DNA of 64,000 nt from Ignavibacteriota bacterium (lineage in GTDB: Bacteria; Bacteroidota; Ignavibacteria; UBA10030; UBA6906): contig CAWDEM010000004.1 in NCBI GenBank assembly GCA_963801355.1, positions 736,001-800,000 of the forward strand. The letters are read 5' to 3'. The first letter of the stretch is position 1. Each line of letters starts with the position of its first letter. Positions 45,306-54,277 of this stretch are shown here, in pieces. The notes under the pieces were generated by a model, which ran no database searches, was not told the DNA's origin, and saw nothing but the letters and a program-made list of their open reading frames with translations. A program made the translations under genes and the position numbers.

Positions 45306-45597
45306 GTTCCGGACCTTCACCGGCGACATTGAAGTATTGTCAATGAGATACCTGCAGTCAATGGTGTCAAAGTGCCTTGTGGTCGGGCATGCACCGGCGG
45401 AGTTGACCGCGCTCTTCGGCTACAATCCCGTGGTTGAACTCGACATGCATGATCCGGCCGCACACATTCTGGCACTTCTTAACGATCCCCGAGCATACGC
45501 ACCGTTGATCGAGCGGAACTACGAGACGGTCGTGCAGCGCCACACCTGGCATCACCGGTGGGCCATGATAGCAAAAGTCCTTTTCCCCGACGCTTGA
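45306..45597 (+). pseudogene. C-terminal remnant of a GT-B glycosyltransferase (Glyco_trans_1_2/CgeB-like)
   Basis: TGDIEVLSMRYLQSMVSKCLVVG...IERNYETVVQRHTWHHRW resembles a GT C-terminus; in-frame stop at 45298-45300 leaves no room for the N-terminal domain. Confidence 0.6.
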
Positions 45598-45622
45598 TTC
45601 CGGTTTAGCCATTCCATATACT
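45594..45622 (+). promoter_or_regulatory. Putative sigma70-type promoter (TTGATT-17-TATACT)
   Basis: Hexamers at 45594-45599 and 45617-45622 upstream of the GlsB/YeaQ gene. Confidence 0.6.
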
Positions 45623-45670
45623 GCGTTTTCAAAAGCGCATTAGGCACCATCACACCTGAAGGAGGAACAA

Positions 45671-45928
45671 ATGAAGCTATTTCAATGGATTTGGGCCATC
45701 GTCATCGGTTTCGTCGTGGGCCTGATTGCCCGTGCCCTGATGCCCGGCGTGGATCAAATGGGATTCATTGCGACCACGGTCATCGGGATCCTTGGTTCGT
45801 TCGTCGGAGGATATATCGGCGCGCTGATCAAGAAACCTGCGGAAGGGGCGAAATTCCATCCGGCCGGCTTCATTATGTCAATCGTAGGTGCAGTCCTCCT
45901 CCTGCTGATCTGGCGATTAGTCCAATAG
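45671..45928 (+). CDS. GlsB/YeaQ/YmgE family (transglycosylase-associated) membrane protein
   Basis: IVIGFVVGLIARALMPG, GILGSFVGG, SIVGAVLLL; AAGGAGG RBS. Confidence 0.92.
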   Translation: MKLFQWIWAIVIGFVVGLIARALMPGVDQMGFIATTVIGILGSFVGGYIGALIKKPAEGAKFHPAGFIMSIVGAVLLLLIWRLVQ

Positions 45929-46051
45929 ACAGTGCTTTTAGAACAGCACTTTCGGATTCGCACCGATGAAGTTCGGACCGATGGTGAAGGGCCATTCACC
46001 ATACGCGCTTGTATGCGGTGAGTAGGGTATGATCAATAGGAGAGCTTCCCC

Positions 46052-46654
46052 ATGACCGGAGAGACGATCCTGAGCATTATCACGGGGCTTGCACTGAGTG
46101 CCGCATGCGGCTTTCGTGTGTTCGTGCCCATGCTCGTGATGAGCATCGCCGGATATCACGGTCCCCCGCTCTCACTCCCTCCGGGCTTCGAGTGGTTTCA
46201 ATCATTGACCGGTCATCTCCCGCTCGCGGCGGGATTTGAGTGGATTGGCACGACCATCGCGATGAAGACCTTTGCAATTGCCACGGTGTGTGAAATTGCC
46301 GCATACTACATTCCGTGGTTCGACAACGCGCTTGATCACGTCACGACTCCCGTTGCAGTCATCGCCGGCGTGATGGTCATGGCATCCTCGATCACCGGTC
46401 TGAGTCCTTTTCTGCAATGGACTCTCGCCGTTGTTGCAGGCGGTGCGGCAGCAGGGTTAACACAGGGTGCGACCGTTGTTGCGCGGGGAGGCTCGACAGC
46501 CACGTCGCTCGGCACCACCAACTGGATCGTCTCGACAGCCGAGTGGGTGGGTTCGTTGTTCCTTTCACTAATTGCCCTGTTGATTCCGGCGATTATTTTA
46601 ATCATCCTCGGTGCCATTTTGGTGTACACCTCTCGCCGCAAGAAAGCTGCTTAA
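46052..46654 (+). CDS. DUF4126 domain membrane protein
   Basis: GLALSAACGFRVFVP, EIAAYYIPWFDNALD, VSTAE. Confidence 0.88.
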   Translation: MTGETILSIITGLALSAACGFRVFVPMLVMSIAGYHGPPLSLPPGFEWFQSLTGHLPLAAGFEWIGTTIAMKTFAIATVCEIAAYYIPWFDNALDHVTTPVAVIAGVMVMASSITGLSPFLQWTLAVVAGGAAAGLTQGATVVARGGSTATSLGTTNWIVSTAEWVGSLFLSLIALLIPAIILIILGAILVYTSRRKKAA

Positions 46655-46685
46655 GGCCTGCGGGGGAAACAATGAGGGCTGTGCT

Positions 46686-47489
46686 ATGGCACGCGTGTGG
46701 ATCATCAGAAGTATCCTCTCTGCAGCCACAATGTGGCTCCCCTTCAGCGCTCACCAATCTCTGGCACAGGGTCGCATGGAAACAGGTTTTCTTGACAGGT
46801 TCATAGATTTCGAAGGGTCGAGCTATCATTATCAGGTCTATGTCCCGTCTTCGTACGCGCCGAGCGAGCGCTGGCCCGTCATCCTTTTCCTTCACGGGAT
46901 GGGAGAGCAGGGTCGTGACGGTCTGCTGCAAACACAGGTGGGCCTCGCGGCGGCGATCCGGCAGCATCCTTCACGCTTTCCGGCAATCGTTGTTTTTCCC
47001 CAGGCACCGAAGGATTCACTCTGGGTGGGGACCACGGCGCACATGGCAATGGCGGCACTCGGCAAAACAACGGAGGAATTTCAGATCGATACGGGGAGAG
47101 TGTACCTCACGGGGCTCTCGATGGGTGGAAACGGCTCGTGGTATCTTGCGTACCGCAACCCGGCTATGTTTGCGGCGGTTGTGCCGGTGTGCGGTTGGGT
47201 CACCCCCTTCAAACGACATTATCAAATCGTCGAGACCGTAATCCCTGTTGCCGAGAAAGCACCATTTGAGGCCCTCGCCGCCCGCCTGGCCCGCGTGCCG
47301 ATCTGGATATTCCATGGTGAAGCAGACGCCTCAGTGCCGGTGGACGAATCGCGGCAGGCCGCAGCCGCGCTCACTGCTGCCGGGGCGGCCGTGCAATACA
47401 CCGAGTTGCCCGGCATCGGACACAATTCCTGGGACGCAGCATACGGGTCGCTCAAGTTCACCACCTGGTTGTTTCAACAGAAGCGGTGA
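46686..47489 (+). CDS. Secreted phospholipase/carboxylesterase-type alpha/beta hydrolase
   Basis: PVILFLHGMGE.G.D, RVYLTGLSMGG, WIFHGEADASVP, GHNSW catalytic triad motifs. Confidence 0.9.
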   Translation: MARVWIIRSILSAATMWLPFSAHQSLAQGRMETGFLDRFIDFEGSSYHYQVYVPSSYAPSERWPVILFLHGMGEQGRDGLLQTQVGLAAAIRQHPSRFPAIVVFPQAPKDSLWVGTTAHMAMAALGKTTEEFQIDTGRVYLTGLSMGGNGSWYLAYRNPAMFAAVVPVCGWVTPFKRHYQIVETVIPVAEKAPFEALAARLARVPIWIFHGEADASVPVDESRQAAAALTAAGAAVQYTELPGIGHNSWDAAYGSLKFTTWLFQQKR

Positions 47490-47523
47490 ACGGTCCGCAC
47501 GTCTTCACGTGCGGTCGGGCAGC

Positions 47524-48071
47524 TCACTGCGGTGTCTGTGTCAATCGGGAAGTGTCATAGCCCTGACGGGTGATCCGCTCAAGGATCCCGGCATAGGTGG
47601 CGGCGTCCAACGACGGAGATCGTGCGAGAATCCACAGGTACTCGCGACTTGGTTCACCGACGACTACATAGCTGTAGTCGGCGGCAAGGTCAATCACCCA
47701 GTACTTTCCCCACACAAACGGAAGGAAGGAAAGTATGGCAGGGGCGAACCGGACTTCGAGTTTGGAGTTGGGTTCGTCGTCGCTCATCCTGCGGACTTTT
47801 CCAACAGCCTCCGTTGTTTCTCCGTCGGCCTGACGACATCGATTCACCACTTTGATGGTGCCGTCTTCAAGAAGCGTGTAGGTCGCGGTCACGTCGCCGG
47901 CGCATTTACGCTGAAACGTGTTGGGAAAACGGGCAATTTCGTGCCACGTGCCGACATACCGCTGGAGATCGATGCTGGGAACCACCTCCACGGGTTTCTG
48001 CTGATGGGGTCCCCGGCGCCCTGTGGGGCAATCGGAATGACGAGTGCTGAGATCAAGAGCAGCATATTCAT
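47524..48071 (-). CDS. blc: Bacterial lipocalin (Blc-like); signal-peptide segment out of frame by one base as assembled
   Basis: VPSIDLQRYVGTWHEIARFP, ATYTL, YWVI..DYSYVVVG, YLWILARSP in 47524-47991; hydrophobic leader MNMLLLISALVIPIA from ATG 48071 is 80 nt upstream (different frame). Confidence 0.85.
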
Positions 48072-48151
48072 ATCCTTATTCCTCAGTCGGTGGTACAAGT
48101 ATCATAGTGTAACATTCTTTCTCAAAAGAAGGAATATCCTTCTTTGAGGCT

Positions 48152-49417
48152 ATGGGAATGCCACTTCTCAACGAAGCCGAGAAGCTCACCCGCAAGCACT
48201 ATCAGATTCTCTTCATGAGCTGGGCGGGATGGGTCTTCGATTTCTACGACCTGATTCTCTATACATTCCTGCTCATTCCCATCGGACAGGAATTACACCT
48301 CTCCAATGTGCAATTGTCTCTGGTCCTCGGCGCTTCACTGGGCGCAACGGCGATCGGCGGGGTGGTGTTCGGCATCCTCGCGGACAAGTACGGACGAAAG
48401 AGCGTCCTTCAATGGACCATTCTCACATACAGCGCCGGGACACTCCTGAGCGGCCTGTCTCCAAACGTTGAACTCCTGATAGTCTTCCGCATCATTACCG
48501 GGATGGGTGTCGGCGGGGAGTGGGCGACAGGTCAGACCTATGTGGGTGAGGCGTTCCCTGCGCGGGTCAGGGGACGGTACGGTGCGTTCATGCAAACCGG
48601 TGCCCCGATCGGGGTCGCGCTAGCGTCTGCCGTGGGCGGATTCGTTGCTCCGGTAATCGGATGGCGGGCCTCCTTCTTCGTTTCATTCCTGCCGGCGGTG
48701 CTTGTCATTTTCATCCGGAAACAGCTGCCGGAGTCCGATGTCTGGATCGCACGGCAGGAGCTCTCCGCACAGAAGGGAGGAAAGCAGGTTTCAGCTATCA
48801 GCGATCTTAGAGAGAAGGTGAAGCTCCTCTTGACATCCTACAGAAAGTACTTCGTCCTTGCGCTGATCCTTGCCATCTTTGACATGTCGGCATACTGGTT
48901 CACCTACTCCTGGCTTCCAGGATATCTCCACCAGGAACGGCAATTCTCTATGGTGAAATCGGCCGTCTGGGTTCTCGTGACACAGGCCGGCGGGTTTCTC
49001 GGATACTTCACGTTTGGCTTTGTGGCTGACAGTCTCGGGCGACGTCCCGCCTATTCCATATACTCTGTCGTCATGGCTCTCGGGCTTGTCATGATCACCC
49101 TCCTGTGGGACCTCATCGCAGCGGAGCCCGCCGTTATTCTGGTGTTCATGTTCCTGGTGGGATTCGGGACGGGGATGTTCGGCGGGTACGGTCCGTTGTT
49201 TGCTGAACTCTTCCCGACGGACATCAGGAGTACCGCGATGGGTTCCGCATTCAATCTGGCCCGAGGCGTGCAGTTCTTTACGCCGGTCGCGATCGCCGTG
49301 ATTGCGCAATCCTACGGTCTCTCAGGAGGAATTTTTGTGGCGGCACTTTTTGCCCTCCTGACTGGTGCATGGATATGGACATTCCCGGAAACACGAGGGC
49401 GAAAGCTGGAGGTGTGA
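48152..49417 (+). CDS. MFS transporter (organic acid/sialate-type)
   Basis: GWVFDFYD, GILADKYGRK motif A, GMGVGGEW, ADSLGRR, ELFPTDIRS, PETRG. Confidence 0.92.
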   Translation: MGMPLLNEAEKLTRKHYQILFMSWAGWVFDFYDLILYTFLLIPIGQELHLSNVQLSLVLGASLGATAIGGVVFGILADKYGRKSVLQWTILTYSAGTLLSGLSPNVELLIVFRIITGMGVGGEWATGQTYVGEAFPARVRGRYGAFMQTGAPIGVALASAVGGFVAPVIGWRASFFVSFLPAVLVIFIRKQLPESDVWIARQELSAQKGGKQVSAISDLREKVKLLLTSYRKYFVLALILAIFDMSAYWFTYSWLPGYLHQERQFSMVKSAVWVLVTQAGGFLGYFTFGFVADSLGRRPAYSIYSVVMALGLVMITLLWDLIAAEPAVILVFMFLVGFGTGMFGGYGPLFAELFPTDIRSTAMGSAFNLARGVQFFTPVAIAVIAQSYGLSGGIFVAALFALLTGAWIWTFPETRGRKLEV

Positions 49418-49543
49418 TCCGCCGGATGACTCCCGGCACTTTGGCATAGGACTCCACATTGCTTTTGCACGTCATATCGCGTACTTTCTCAACAGGAACT
49501 GCAAACCTACCTCCCCACTGCAACACTTATGAAAGGTCAGATC

Positions 49544-49750
49544 ATGTCCATCGCACGCGTAACCGAAATCACGTCTTCTTCCACAAAGAGTTTCGAAGAT
49601 GCGATTGTGGTTGGCATCAAACGTGCCAACAAGACCCTCCAGAATGTCAAAGGCGCCTGGATTCAGGATCAGAAGGTGGTCGTCGAAGACGGCAAGATCA
49701 CCGAGTACCGGGTCAACATGAAGGTCACATTCGTGTTGAAGGCAGTCTGA
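49544..49750 (+). CDS. Dodecin family protein
   Basis: MSIARVTEITSSSTKSFEDAI...KTLQNV...EYRVNMKVTFVL. Confidence 0.92.
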   Translation: MSIARVTEITSSSTKSFEDAIVVGIKRANKTLQNVKGAWIQDQKVVVEDGKITEYRVNMKVTFVLKAV

Positions 49751-50446
49751 ATGCGTGCACTTCATTTTGAGCAGCACTATGCAGAGCGCATAGGGTGGTT
49801 GCGTGCCGCGGTCCTGGGTGCCAACGATGGTATCGTTTCGACGGCCAGCCTGGTAGTGGGAGTCGCCGCTGCACAGGCGGCCCGCAGCGATGTGTTGGTC
49901 GCCGGGGTGGCCGGGCTCGTTGCAGGCGCCATGTCGATGGCGGCAGGGGAATATGTCTCGGTCAGTTCCCAGTCAGACACCGAGAGAGCCGATTTGAATC
50001 GTGAACGCGCCGAACTGAAAGCTGACGAGGAATTCGAACGCCAGGAGCTTGCCGCAATCTACGTGAAGAGGGGCCTTGACGATTCGTTGGCACAACAGGT
50101 CGCCGTCCAGCTGATGAAGCACGACGCGCTTGGGGCCCATGCCCGCGACGAACTCGGGCTATCGGAATTGCATACTGCCCGGCCGATCCAGGCGGCACTG
50201 GCATCGGCAGCAACATTCTCGGTAGGTGCAGCTTTGCCCCTGGTGATGACCCTGGTAAGTCCGTCTTCGATCCTTATTCCTTTCGTGGCTGGAAGTTCTC
50301 TCGCGTTTCTGGCGCTCATGGGCGGCGTGGCCGCCCGGGTCGGCGGCGCACCTATCGCCGTTGGTGCGGGCCGCGTAGCATTCTGGGGAGCTCTGGCGAT
50401 GGCCATCACGGCTTCTGTGGGTGCAATGTTCGGCGCCATTGCTTGA
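49751..50446 (+). CDS. VIT1/CCC1 family metal transporter
   Basis: WLRAAVLGANDGIVS, GAMSMAAGEYVSVSSQ, AHARDELG. Confidence 0.95.
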   Translation: MRALHFEQHYAERIGWLRAAVLGANDGIVSTASLVVGVAAAQAARSDVLVAGVAGLVAGAMSMAAGEYVSVSSQSDTERADLNRERAELKADEEFERQELAAIYVKRGLDDSLAQQVAVQLMKHDALGAHARDELGLSELHTARPIQAALASAATFSVGAALPLVMTLVSPSSILIPFVAGSSLAFLALMGGVAARVGGAPIAVGAGRVAFWGALAMAITASVGAMFGAIA

Positions 50447-50500
50447 GTCCTTTCTCTGCCCGTTTCCTCCGTTCTTTCTTCCACTCAAAGGGGAGTTATC

Positions 50501-52984
50501 ATGGCGCTCGCACTTCGACCTCCTGCGGCACACCTGCGCTGCGTATTCGGTGTCTTGCTCTTGACGCTGATTTCAGCCTCGCTTGCTGCCCAAACCAACT
50601 ACAATAACGTGCTCAATGCCACTTCCGGGAAAGTTACTGTTCTCAATGCCGCCCCACTCGATTTTTCCCCGCAGCTGACAATTGAGGCGTGGTTGAAACC
50701 GGAACCAGTTGCAGACTCCTATGCCGCGGTGGTCGACAAAGACCGTCCCTACGGGCTTACATTCGGAGTTGCAGCGATTGTAGGCAGGACCGATAGCGTC
50801 GCATTGACGGTAGGGTGGCCCGAGGGTTGGGCCGGCGGGCCAAGGATTGCCTCCGATAGTCTGACATGGACACACGTTGCCGTGACAATCGACACCGTTG
50901 CGGGGGTCGTCGTCTATTACGTCAACGGCATCATGGCATCGACGCTCACTGGAACAAAGGTGCGCTTCAGCAAAAACACGTCGAGTTTGCGTTTCGGAAG
51001 ATCCCCGGTCGGGGATCTGTATCGGGGCATGTGTGATGAGATCCGCCTCTGGAATGTCGTGCGCTCAGAAGCTGAGATCAATTCCCTCTGGAAGTACGAG
51101 GCAAAAGGAAATGAACCGGGCCTTGTTGCGGTGTATCACTTCGAAGATTCCCGCGATACCATTGCGTGGAATCGTGCGTCCGGAGGCGGGCTTGATGGGA
51201 CTATCTCGGCACCCGGAAGCATAGTGGCACAACTCTGGCCGTCTGCGTTCACCGATGAGAATGAGTTCAACGGAAACTTCCTGAACGCCACACCGCTCAA
51301 CTACAGAAGCACCGTACTCAATGCGGCTGTGGCTCCCGGTGACACGGATATCTACAAGATCTACACGAAGCCGGGGGATATCGTCAGGATCGCAACCAGC
51401 GCGAAGAATACGGGCGATCTCGTCAATCTTCTGATATCGTTCGTCGGCTCTGACTCCACAAAGCACATCACAACTTACGTTGGCAATTTCCCCTGGTTCT
51501 ATTCAGCCGCTACGGCACCCGGTTACCACTATATCCGGGTGAGAATCAACAGCGGGTCAGGGGGCCCGTATATTCTGCAAACCACTCGAGAGGGATCTAT
51601 TCAGGCGGATTCGTGTGAACCGAACAACACACAAGCTATGGCCTCCCCTGTCCAATGGGGTTCTCTTACCAATGCAACGATATTCCCAGGACTTGATGCA
51701 GGGATTGCTTCTCCCGATACGGACTTCTATAGCTTCGAGGGTCTTGAAAATGAGATCGGTGTACTTCTCGAGTTTGTGGACGGTCTCTCAATCGGAAGCA
51801 CCCGGCTCTCATTGCACGGCATGTCAGGGATCCTCACCAATAGTTTTCCCACCAGTTTCTCCGGCGCTGTTGCGAATATCCGATTCCCGTCCACGGGAAC
51901 ATACTTTGCTCGTGTGGTCCCCAACGAGGCGGCCTGCTACTATGCGCTCGGCGTATACAAGGGACTTGCGGATATCAATGGGATGCTTTTCGATCCATGT
52001 ACATACTCCGACCGCACGTACCTCTTTGATGGGTGGAGCGACGCGTACGATGGGGCATACATGCTTAAGATCAATAACGCTTGGTACAATATGCTGCCGG
52101 ACTATAGCCTTTCCGAATGCGACGGCCGGCAGTTCTGTTTCAAACCGCAGACCATCGGCGGGCTTGCTGTGAGCCGGAAGTTCTTTGTGCCGACGGCCGC
52201 CCAGGGCGATACGCTGGGCTTCATGCGCATCCAGGAAATTCTTACCAATCCCACCACTTCACCCATCGACGTGAATGTCATTGTCTCCTCGAACTTCGGT
52301 GCAGGGAGCGGAATGAGATACCTCGCCACGTCATCCGGCGACACGGTCTGGCAGAAATCCGATTCGTGGCTGCTCACGGATGACAACATGACTCCGGGAG
52401 GAGATCCGGCACTATCGCACATCTATGACGGCACGGGAGGGGAGGACAGAATCGATTCCGTTTGGAGCAGTCAGGACCAATTGCAGTGGGAGTGGAGAAA
52501 TGTGACGGTGCGGCCGGGAGAGACAAAGATCTACATGTACTTTGTGGCGCAGGATACGCTCATCACTCAGGCACAGAAGAAAGGACCGGCATTCTCAGGC
52601 GCGGCCCTGCCCGCCGCAGCCAAACTCGGGCTCAATGCAGATGCGTTCAACGTCAAGAACTGGCTGAGCTCCGCGCTGGTATCGACGGAATCCGAGCCTT
52701 CCGTGCCGCTCATTTTCTCGCTCGGGCAGAATTTCCCGAACCCTTTCAATCCGCGCACACTTATAAGGGCCGAATGGCCGCTTGTCAGTGATGTGACCCT
52801 TGCGGTCTTTGATCTTCTCGGACGAAAAGTGGCGACTCTGGCGAATGGTCGCTTTCCAGCGGGCCGGTTTGAATTTGCGTTTGACGCTTCACGGCTTGCG
52901 AGCGGCGTGTATCTCTACAGACTGGAAACCAGGGCGGAGAGTGGCGTTCGGGTTGACGTGAAAAAGATGGTTTTGCTGAAATAA
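50501..52984 (+). CDS. Secreted multidomain protein: LamG-like jellyroll, two PPC-like domains, unknown beta domain, T9SS C-terminal domain
   Basis: TIEAWLKP, WTHVAVT, YVNG, DEIRLWN (LamG); ENEFNGN..AT and EPNNT..A with DTD.Y; QNFPNPFNP...SGVYLYRL. Confidence 0.85.
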   Translation: MALALRPPAAHLRCVFGVLLLTLISASLAAQTNYNNVLNATSGKVTVLNAAPLDFSPQLTIEAWLKPEPVADSYAAVVDKDRPYGLTFGVAAIVGRTDSVALTVGWPEGWAGGPRIASDSLTWTHVAVTIDTVAGVVVYYVNGIMASTLTGTKVRFSKNTSSLRFGRSPVGDLYRGMCDEIRLWNVVRSEAEINSLWKYEAKGNEPGLVAVYHFEDSRDTIAWNRASGGGLDGTISAPGSIVAQLWPSAFTDENEFNGNFLNATPLNYRSTVLNAAVAPGDTDIYKIYTKPGDIVRIATSAKNTGDLVNLLISFVGSDSTKHITTYVGNFPWFYSAATAPGYHYIRVRINSGSGGPYILQTTREGSIQADSCEPNNTQAMASPVQWGSLTNATIFPGLDAGIASPDTDFYSFEGLENEIGVLLEFVDGLSIGSTRLSLHGMSGILTNSFPTSFSGAVANIRFPSTGTYFARVVPNEAACYYALGVYKGLADINGMLFDPCTYSDRTYLFDGWSDAYDGAYMLKINNAWYNMLPDYSLSECDGRQFCFKPQTIGGLAVSRKFFVPTAAQGDTLGFMRIQEILTNPTTSPIDVNVIVSSNFGAGSGMRYLATSSGDTVWQKSDSWLLTDDNMTPGGDPALSHIYDGTGGEDRIDSVWSSQDQLQWEWRNVTVRPGETKIYMYFVAQDTLITQAQKKGPAFSGAALPAAAKLGLNADAFNVKNWLSSALVSTESEPSVPLIFSLGQNFPNPFNPRTLIRAEWPLVSDVTLAVFDLLGRKVATLANGRFPAGRFEFAFDASRLASGVYLYRLETRAESGVRVDVKKMVLLK

Positions 52985-52999
52985 TCGGGAAAGTTGCTC

Positions 53000-54247
53000 T
53001 CACAACGCCGGTTGCTGTACTGCAGTTCTTTGCCGGGTACGGTAAGCCAACAGGCCAAGTGCGGCGATCGAGGCGAATGCTGCCCCGGCTAGAAACGTGG
53101 CTGAAGCCCCGAGCCTGCTCCAGAGCTCTCCGGCAATGACGCTTGCGAGCAACAGTGCCACTCCGCTGATGAGGTTAAAGACACCGAACGCCGTGCCCCG
53201 CAACTCGGCCGGCGAAGTGTCAGCCACAAGTTTTGCCAGCAAACCTTGTGTCAATGCCAGATGCAGTCCCCACAGTGCGGCCCCACTCAAGGCCATGAAC
53301 GGTGCTGAGGCCGATGCCATCAAGAGATCGGCGGCGATGAGAAGCACAAGGCCGGCAAGCAACAAGGTGCGGGGGCTGAACCGGTCGGCGGCTGCACCTG
53401 CCGGATATGCGCACAACGCATAGAAGACATTCATGACAATGAACACCAGCGGCACGTAGCCGATGGCGAGCCCGACGTCCTGAGCCCGCAGTACAAGGAA
53501 GGCTTCGCTGAACCTCGCCAGAGTGAACACCGCACCGAGCGACACCACCAACCAGTAGCGCAGCGGCAGGCGCTTGGCATCCCCTAGCAAAAGCGGTGCT
53601 CGCGATGCCGCGCCGCCGCCACTGCGCCCGGGTTCCTCGACGTACACAGCGAGCAGCGCCACGGCGATGAAGGCCGGCAGGACAGAGATCCACATCACAC
53701 CCCGGATATCGTTGGCGAACCAGGCCATACAGATGACCGCCAGCACCGGGCCGACAAAAGCACCCACCGAATCAAGAGCCTGTCTCAAGCCGTATGCAGC
53801 TCCGCGCAGCTGCGGTGGCGCAATGTCGGCCACAAGGGCGTCCCGGGGTGCGCCGCGGATCCCTTTACCCACACGGTCGATAAACCGGGCGGCGAAGACC
53901 CAACCGATGGAATTCGCCAGCGGAAAAATTGGCTTGGTGAATGCGGCCAGCGTATAGCCGAGGACCATCAGAGACTTGCGCTTGCGGAGGAAGTCGCTCA
54001 GGGCACCGGAAAAGACCTTCGTAATCGCCGCTGTCGCTTCGGCCACACCTTCGACCACACCGATGGTGACCATGGAAACGCCAAGGCTTGTGGCCATAAA
54101 CACAGGGAGGAGGCTGTGGATCAACTCCGAAGAGATGTCCATGAACATCGAGCCCAGCCCCATGGCCCAGATGCCCGCGGGCAAGGCGCGTAACGCCGCC
54201 GGCCCGATGAGCGAACCTTTTGACGGTTTCGAAGTGTGAGCACCCAT
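53000..54247 (-). CDS. MFS transporter
   Basis: DISSELIHSLLP, SGALSD...RK, DRVGKGIRGAPRDAL, RGTAFG; ~12 TM. Confidence 0.92.
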   Translation of the reverse strand: MGAHTSKPSKGSLIGPAALRALPAGIWAMGLGSMFMDISSELIHSLLPVFMATSLGVSMVTIGVVEGVAEATAAITKVFSGALSDFLRKRKSLMVLGYTLAAFTKPIFPLANSIGWVFAARFIDRVGKGIRGAPRDALVADIAPPQLRGAAYGLRQALDSVGAFVGPVLAVICMAWFANDIRGVMWISVLPAFIAVALLAVYVEEPGRSGGGAASRAPLLLGDAKRLPLRYWLVVSLGAVFTLARFSEAFLVLRAQDVGLAIGYVPLVFIVMNVFYALCAYPAGAAADRFSPRTLLLAGLVLLIAADLLMASASAPFMALSGAALWGLHLALTQGLLAKLVADTSPAELRGTAFGVFNLISGVALLLASVIAGELWSRLGASATFLAGAAFASIAALGLLAYRTRQRTAVQQPAL

Positions 54248-54277
54248 CTGTTCTTCGCTCGGTGGGAGAGAAAACAG

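Noticed and set aside
45671-50446. GlsB, DUF4126, lipocalin, dodecin and VIT1 genes as one stress system
   Set aside because: Mixed orientations, separate promoters and common stand-alone families; no evidence of a single functional unit.
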